Shown: one piece after another, positions 57,101 to 64,000 of the stretch
Layout of the letters: every line of letters begins with the position of its first letter
Numbering within the stretch: the first letter of the stretch is position 1
NCBI GenBank assembly: GCA_043228905.1
Contig: JBHGNT010000026.1
Coordinates: forward strand, 186,001 to 250,000
Length of the DNA stretch: 64,000 nt
Reading direction: 5' to 3'
From: Azolla caroliniana
Taxonomy: Eukaryota > Plantae > Polypodiophyta
Notes under the pieces: model-generated
What the model saw: the letters and a program-made list of their open reading frames with translations, nothing else
The model's database searches: none
What the model was told of the DNA's origin: nothing
Made by a program: the position numbers and the translations under genes

Positions 57101-58749
57101 TACCTAGCGAGTGTGATATCGGATTTTTGTGTACAAATATGCGAATCGAAGCTAACAACGCTAGCTATGATATGGAATTAAAAAATCAAGATTTTGAAAC
57201 TGACGTCGAGACACATGACGAAATTACCAAATTTGAGGAGGGAGTTGAGAGGTGCCCTTAAGTAAATTAAAATGTTCATACCTAGCGAGTGTGATATCGG
57301 ATTTTTGTGTTCAAACATGCGAATCGAAGCTAACAACGCTAGCTATGATATGGAATTAAAAAATCAAGATTTTGAAACTCATGTCGAGAGACATGACGAA
57401 ATTAGCAAATTTGAGGAGTGAGTTGAGAGGAGCCCTTGAGTAAATTAAAATGGTCATACCTAGCGAGTGTGATATCGGATTTTTGTGTTCAAACATGCGA
57501 ATCGAAGCTAACAACGCTAGCTATGATATGGAATTAAAAAATCAAGATTTTGAAACTCAGGTCGAGAGACATGACGAAATTAGCAAATTTGAGGAGTGAG
57601 TTGAGAGGAGCCCTTGAGTAAATTAAAATGGTCATACCTAGCGAGTGTGATATCGGATTTTTGTGTACAAACATGCGAATCGAAGCTAAAAACGCTAGCT
57701 ATGATATGGAATTGAAAAATCAAGATTTTGAAACTCAGGTCGAGAGACATGACGAAATTAGCAAATTTGAGGAGTGAGTTGAGAGGAGCCCTTGAGTAAA
57801 TTAAAATGGTCATACCTAGCGAGTGTGATATCGGATTTTTGTGTTCAAACATGCGAATAGAAGCTAACAACGCTAGCTATGATATGGAATTAAAATATCA
57901 AGATTTTGAAACTCAGGTCGAGAGACATGACGAAATTTCCAAATTTGAGGAGGGAGTTGAGAAGAGCTAGTAGGTAAATTACAATGTTCATACCTGGTTC
58001 TTGTGATATCGGATTTCTGTGTTCAAACATGCGAATCGAAGCTAACAACACTAGCTATGATATGGAATTACAAAATCAAGATTTTGAAACTCCAGTCGAG
58101 AGACATGATGAAATTACCAAATTTGAGGAGTGAGGTTGGAAGAGCGCGTGAGTGAATTAAAATGTTCATACCTGGCTCGTGTGATATCGGATTTTTGTGT
58201 TCAAATATGCGAATCGAAGCTAACGACGCTAGCTATGATATGGAATTGAAAAATCAAGATTTTGAAACACAGGTCGAGACACATGACGAAATTACCAAAT
58301 TTGAGGAGTGAGTTGAGAGGAGCCCTTGAGTAAATTAAAATGGTCATACCTAGCGAGTGTGATATCGGATTTTTGTGTACAAATATGCGAATCGAAGCTA
58401 ACAACGCTAGCTATGATATGGAATTAAAAAATCAAGATTTTGAAACTGAGGTCGAGACACATGACGAAATTACCAAATTTGAGGAGGGAGTTGAGAGGGG
58501 CCCTTAAGTAAATTAAAATGTTCATACCTAGCGAGTGTGATATCGGATTTTTGTGTTCAAACATCCGAATCGAACCTAACAACGCTAGCTATGATATGGA
58601 ATTAAAAAAGCAAGATTTTGAAACTCAGGTCGAGAGACATGACGAAATTAGCAAATTTGAGGAGTAAGTTGAGAGGAGCCCTTGAGTAAATTAAAATGTT
58701 CATACCTAGCGAGTGTGATATCGGAATTTCGTGTACAAACATGCGAATC

Positions 58750-59282
58750 GAAGTGCTATGATATGGAATTAAAAAATCAAGATTTTGAAACACAGGTCGA
58801 GACACATGACGAAATTACCAAATTTGAGGAGTGAGTTGAGAGGAGCGCTTGAGTAAATTAAAATGGTCATACCTAGCGAGTGTGATATCGGATTTTTGTG
58901 TACAAACATGCGAATCGAAGCTAACAACGCTAGCTATGATATGGAATTAAAAAATCAAGATTTTGAAACTGAGGTCGAGAGACATGACGAAATTACCAAA
59001 TTTGAGGAGGGAGTTGAGAGGGGCCCTTGAGTAAATTAAAATGTTCATACCTAGCGAGTGTGATATCGGATTTTTGTGTTCAAACATGCGAATCGAACCT
59101 AACAACGCTAGATATGATATGGAATTAAAAAAGCAAGATTTTGAAACTCAGGTCGAGAGACATGACGAAATTAGCAAATTTGAGGAGTGAGTTGAGAGGA
59201 GCCCTTGAGTAAATTAAAATGTTCATACCTAGCGAGTGTGATATCGGAATTTCGTGTAGAAACATGCGAATCGAAGCGCTAT
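58750..59282 (+). other. Pair of 11-bp deletion monomers (167 bp), repeated at 61890 and 62413
   Basis: The consensus aagctaacaacgctagctatg is replaced by aagtgctatg (58754, 61890) and aagcgctatg (59277, 62413). Confidence 0.9.
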
Positions 59283-60331
59283 GATATGGAATTATAAAAA
59301 CAAGATTTTGAAACTCAGGTCGAGAGACATGACGAAATTTCCAAATTTGAGGAGGGAGTTGAGAAGAGCTAGTAGGTAAATTACAATGTTCATACCTGGT
59401 TCGTGTGATATCGGATTTCTGTGTTCAAACATGCGAATCGAAGCTAACAACGCTAGCTATGATATGGAATTACAAAATCAAGATTTTGAAACTCCAGTCG
59501 AGAGACATGACGAAATTACCAAATTTGAGGAGTGAGGTTGGAAGAGCGCGTGAGTGAATTAAAATGTTCATACCTGGCTCGTGTGATATCGGATTTTTGT
59601 GTTCAAACATGCGAATTGAAGCTAACAACGCTAGCTATGATATGGAATTAAAAAATCAAGATTTTGAAAATCAGGTCGAGAGGCATGACGAAATTAGCAA
59701 ATATGAGGAGTGAGTTGAGAGGAGCCCTTGAGTAAATTAAAATGTTCATACCTAGCGAGCGTGATATCGGATTTTTGTGTTCAAACATGCGAAACGAAGC
59801 TAACAACGCTAGCTATGATATGGAATTAAAAAATCAAGATTTTGAAACTCATGTCGAGAGACATGACGAAATTAGCAACCTTGACGAGGGAGTTGAGAGG
59901 AGCCCTTGAGTAAATTAAAATGTTCATACCTAGCGACCGTGATATTGGATTTTTGTCTTCAAACATGCGAATCGAAGCTAACAACGCTAGCTATGATATG
60001 GAATTAAAAAATCAAGATTTTGAAACTGAGGTCGAGAGACATGACGAAATTAGCAACCTTGACAAGGGAGTTGAGAGGAGCCCTTGAGTAAATTAAAATG
60101 TTCATACCTAGCGAGCGTGATATCGGATTTCTGTGTTCAAACATGCGAATCGAAGCTAACAACACTAGCTATGATATGGAATTACAAAATCAAGATTTTG
60201 AAACTCCAGTCGAGAGACATGATGAAATTACCAAATTTGAGGAGTGAGGTTGGAAGAGCGTGTGAGTGAATTAAAATGTTCATACCTTGCTCGTGTGATA
60301 TCGGATTTTTGTGTTCAAACATGCGAATTGA

Positions 60332-60346
60332 AGCTAACAGGTCGAG
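60332..60346 (+). other. 46-bp deletion junction (132-bp monomer), repeated at about 63475
   Basis: The junction gctaaca|ggtcgag lacks acgctagctatgatatggaattaaaaaatcaagattttgaaactca (46 nt). There is CA microhomology at the junction. Confidence 0.9.
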
Positions 60347-63300
60347 AGACATGACGAAATTAGCAACCTTGACGAGGGAGTTCAGAGTAGCCCTTGAGTA
60401 AATAAAAATGTTCATACCTAGCTCGTGTGATATCGGATTTTTGTGTTCAAACATGCGAATCGAAGCTAACAACGCTAGCTATGATATGGAATTAAAAAAT
60501 CAAGATTTTGAAACTCATGTCGAGAGACATGACGAAATTAGCAAATTTGAGGAGTGAGTTGAGAGGAGCCCTTGAGTAAATTAAAATGGTCATACCTAGC
60601 GAGTGTGATATCGGATTTTTGTGTTCAAACATGCGAATCGAAGCTAACAACGCTAGCTATGATATGGAATTAAAAAATCAAGATTTTGAAACTCAGGTCG
60701 AGAGACATGACGAAATTAGCAAATTTGAGGAGTGAGTTGAGAGGAGCCCTTGAGTAAATTAAAATGGTCATACCTAGCGAGTGTGATATCGGATTTTTGT
60801 GTACAAACATGCGAATCGAAGCTAAAAACGCTAGCTATGATATGGAATTGAAAAATCAAGATTTTGAAACTCAGGTCGAGAGACATGACGAAATTAGCAA
60901 ATTTGAGGAGTGAGTTGAGAGGAGCCCTTGAGTAAATTAAAATGGTCATACCTAGCGAGTGTGATATCGGATTTTTGTGTTCAAACATGCGAATAGAAGC
61001 TAACAACGCTAGCTATGATATGGAATTAAAATATCAAGATTTTGAAACTCAGGTCGAGAGACATGACGAAATTTCCAAATTTGAGGAGGGAGTTGAGAAG
61101 AGCTAGTAGGTAAATTACAATGTTCATACCTGGTTCTTGTGATATCGGATTTCTGTGTTCAAACATGCGAATCGAAGCTAACAACACTAGCTATGATATG
61201 GAATTACAAAATCAAGATTTTGAAACTCCAGTCGAGAGACATGATGAAATTACCAAATTTGAGGAGTGAGGTTGGAAGAGCGCGTGAGTGAATTAAAATG
61301 TTCATACCTGGCTCGTGTGATATCGGATTTTTGTGTTCAAATATGCGAATCGAAGCTAACGACGCTAGCTATGATATGGAATTGAAAAATCAAGATTTTG
61401 AAACACAGGTCGAGACACATGACGAAATTACCAAATTTGAGGAGTGAGTTGAGAGGAGCCCTTGAGTAAATTAAAATGGTCATACCTAGCGAGTGTGATA
61501 TCGGATTTTTGTGTACAAATATGCGAATCGAAGCTAACAACGCTAGCTATGATATGGAATTAAAAAATCAAGATTTTGAAACTGAGGTCGAGACACATGA
61601 CGAAATTACCAAATTTGAGGAGGGAGTTGAGAGGGGCCCTTAAGTAAATTAAAATGTTCATACCTAGCGAGTGTGATATCGGATTTTTGTGTTCAAACAT
61701 CCGAATCGAACCTAACAACGCTAGCTATGATATGGAATTAAAAAAGCAAGATTTTGAAACTCAGGTCGAGAGACATGACGAAATTAGCAAATTTGAGGAG
61801 TGAGTTGAGAGGAGCCCTTGAGTAAATTAAAATGTTCATACCTAGCGAGTGTGATATCGGAATTTCGTGTACAAACATGCGAATCGAAGTGCTATGATAT
61901 GGAATTAAAAAATCAAGATTTTGAAACACAGGTCGAGACACATGACGAAATTACCAAATTTGAGGAGTGAGTTGAGAGGAGCCCTTGAGTAAATTAAAAT
62001 GGTCATACCTAGCGAGTGTGATATCGGATTTTTGTGTACAAACATGCGAATCGAAGCTAACAACGCTAGCTATGATATGGAATTAAAAAATCAAGATTTT
62101 GAAACTGAGGTCGAGAGACATGACGAAATTACCAAATTTGAGGAGGGAGTTGAGAGGGGCCCTTGAGTAAATTAAAATGTTCATACCTAGCGAGTGTGAT
62201 ATCGGATTTTTGTGTTCAAACATGCGAATCGAACCTAACAACGCTAGATATGATATGGAATTAAAAAAGCAAGATTTTGAAACTCAGGTCGAGAGACATG
62301 ACGAAATTAGCAAATTTGAGGAGTGAGTTGAGAGGAGCCCTTGAGTAAATTAAAATGTTCATACCTAGCGAGTGTGATATCGGAATTTCGTGTAGAAACA
62401 TGCGAATCGAAGCGCTATGATATGGAATTATAAAAACAAGATTTTGAAACTCAGGTCGAGAGACATGACGAAATTTCCAAATTTGAGGAGGGAGTTGAGA
62501 AGAGCTAGTAGGTAAATTACAATGTTCATACCTGGTTCGTGTGATATCGGATTTCTGTGTTCAAACATGCGAATCGAAGCTAACAACGCTAGCTATGATA
62601 TGGAATTACAAAATCAAGATTTTGAAACTCCAGTCGAGAGACATGACGAAATTACCAAATTTGAGGAGTGAGGTTGGAAGAGCGCGTGAGTGAATTAAAA
62701 TGTTCATACCTGGCTCGTGTGATATCGGATTTTTGTGTTCAAACATGCGAATTGAAGCTAACAACGCTAGCTATGATATGGAATTAAAAAATCAAGATTT
62801 TGAAAATCAGGTCGAGAGGCATGACGAAATTAGCAAATATGAGGAGTGAGTTGAGAGGAGCCCTTGAGTAAATTAAAATGTTCATACCTAGCGAGCGTGA
62901 TATCGGATTTTTGTGTTCAAACATGCGAAACGAAGCTAACAACGCTAGCTATGATATGGAATTAAAAAATCAAGATTTTGAAACTCATGTCGAGAGACAT
63001 GACGAAATTAGCAACCTTGACGAGGGAGTTGAGAGGAGCCCTTGAGTAAATTAAAATGTTCATACCTAGCGACCGTGATATTGGATTTTTGTCTTCAAAC
63101 ATGCGAATCGAAGCTAACAACGCTAGCTATGATATGGAATTAAAAAATCAAGATTTTGAAACTGAGGTCGAGAGACATGACGAAATTAGCAACCTTGACA
63201 AGGGAGTTGAGAGGAGCCCTTGAGTAAATTAAAATGTTCATACCTAGCGAGCGTGATATCGGATTTCTGTGTTCAAACATGCGAATCGAAGCTAACAACA

Positions 63301-64000
63301 CTAGCTATGATATGGAATTACAAAATCAAGATTTTGAAACTCCAGTCGAGAGACATGATGAAATTACCAAATTTGAGGAGTGAGGTTGGAAGAGCGTGTG
63401 AGTGAATTAAAATGTTCATACCTTGCTCGTGTGATATCGGATTTTTGTGTTCAAACATGCGAATTGAAGCTAACAGGTCGAGAGACATGACGAAATTAGC
63501 AACCTTGACGAGGGAGTTTTAGAGTAGCCCTTGAGTAAATAAAAATGTTCATACCTAGCTCGTGTGATATCGGATTTTTGTGTTCAAACATGCGAATCGA
63601 AGCTAACAACGCTAGCTATGATATGGAATTAAAAAATCAAGATTTTGAAACTCATGTCGAGAGACATGACGAAATTAGCAAATTTGAGGAGTGAGTTGAG
63701 AGGAGCCCTTGAGTAAATTAAAATGGTCATACCTAGCGAGTGTGATATCGGATTTTTGTGTTCAAACATGCGAATCGAAGCTAACAACGCTAGCTATGAT
63801 ATGGAATTAAAAAATCAAGATTTTGAAACTCAGGTCGAGAGACATGACGAAATTAGCAAATTTGAGGAGTGAGTTGAGAGGAGCCCTTGAGTAAATTAAA
63901 ATGGTCATACCTAGCGAGTGTGATATCGGATTGTTGTGTACAAACATGCGAATCGAAGCTAAAAACGCTAGCTATGATATGGAATTGAAAAATCAAGATT

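Larger units (their letters stand above)
45850..57290 (+). repeat. Domain 3: more diverged, irregularly ordered monomers with only short local duplications
   Basis: Many private substitutions and three private indels (+7 at 47249, +70 at about 48127, -1 at 54408). A local 7-mer period is visible (45612/46858, 46290/47543). There is a partial copy of the domain-2 E-rich block at about 49.9-51.3 kb (ORFs 50787 and 50833). Confidence 0.72.
1..64000 (+). repeat. Tandem satellite array, 178-bp monomer, about 360 copies, all in one orientation; putative centromeric/heterochromatic satellite
   Basis: Position 1 (aactccagtcgag) recurs at 179 (aaatcaggtcgag) and so on to the window end. Approximate consensus: AACTCAGGTCGAGAGACATGACGAAATTAGCAAATTTGAGGAGTGAGTTGAGAGGAGCCCTTGAGTAAATTAAAATGTTCATACCTAGCGAGTGTGATATCGGATTTTTGTGTACAAACATGCGAATCGAAGCTAACAACGCTAGCTATGATATGGAATTAAAAAATCAAGATTTTGA. 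ORF-track spacings are multiples of 178 (1424, 8722, 17800). The repeat call is certain; the centromeric role is inference. Confidence 0.99.
57290..64000 (+). repeat. HOR domain 4: 18-monomer unit of 3136 bp (two full copies plus the start of a third)
   Basis: ORF pairs 57580/60716, 58201/61337, 58602/61738 and 60084/63220 are all offset by 3136 = 18x178 - 68. The deficit is fully explained by deletions of 11, 11 and 46 bp. The marker aaactcatgtcgag heads each unit at 57375, 60511 and 63648. Confidence 0.92.

Noticed and set aside
417-63405. Dozens of 61-96 aa ORFs on both strands (MKLRSR..., MLASIR..., MSKLKC...)
   Set aside because: They are chance open frames through one or two satellite monomers. 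They recur at multiples of 178, appear and vanish with single SNPs, mostly use TTG/GTG starts, overlap on opposite strands and resemble no domain I recognise. They are useful only as HOR markers.
1-64000. CRISPR-like alternation of conserved and variable segments
   Set aside because: The variable segments are homologous variants of one sequence rather than unique spacers. The 178-bp period is too long, and there are no cas genes or leader.
1-64000. Transposon or centromeric retrotransposon insertion, or a strand inversion
   Set aside because: I saw no non-satellite sequence, LTR, TIR, target-site duplication or reverse-orientation monomer. All register shifts are explained by small satellite-derived indels.
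1-64000. 5S rRNA, tRNA or snRNA tandem gene array, or rDNA spacer subrepeats
   Set aside because: There are no recognisable 5S or tRNA motifs or cloverleaf, and no flanking rRNA sequence in 64 kb.

Overview
The whole 64 kb window is one uninterrupted, single-orientation, head-to-tail satellite array of about 360 monomers of 178 bp (about 37% GC by hand count of a consensus monomer). I see no genes, RNA genes, transposons or CRISPR arrays, and every ORF in the track is a by-product of the repeat. The nucleosome-sized unit, homogeneity and higher-order repeats (HORs) are typical of a eukaryotic centromeric or heterochromatic satellite. It looks plant-like, but I cannot identify the species or family. 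The information is in the variant pattern. At least five monomer subtypes (A-E) form nested HORs in four layers. (1) 1-30.4 kb: an indel-free domain with an 8-mer (1424 bp) HOR nested in a roughly 49-mer (8722 bp) super-unit. (2) 30.4-45.8 kb: three copies of a 25-31-mer. (3) 45.8-57.3 kb: an older-looking, irregular domain. (4) 57.3-64 kb: a recent 18-mer (3136 bp) carrying deletions. The most unusual local features are two kinds of patchwork templated-insertion scar (+79 bp at 33.7 and 43.8 kb; +70 bp at 48.1 kb) that resemble microhomology-mediated break repair. One was then amplified with the HOR. Block boundaries are approximate to about one monomer; offsets were checked against ORF-track coordinates and private variants.
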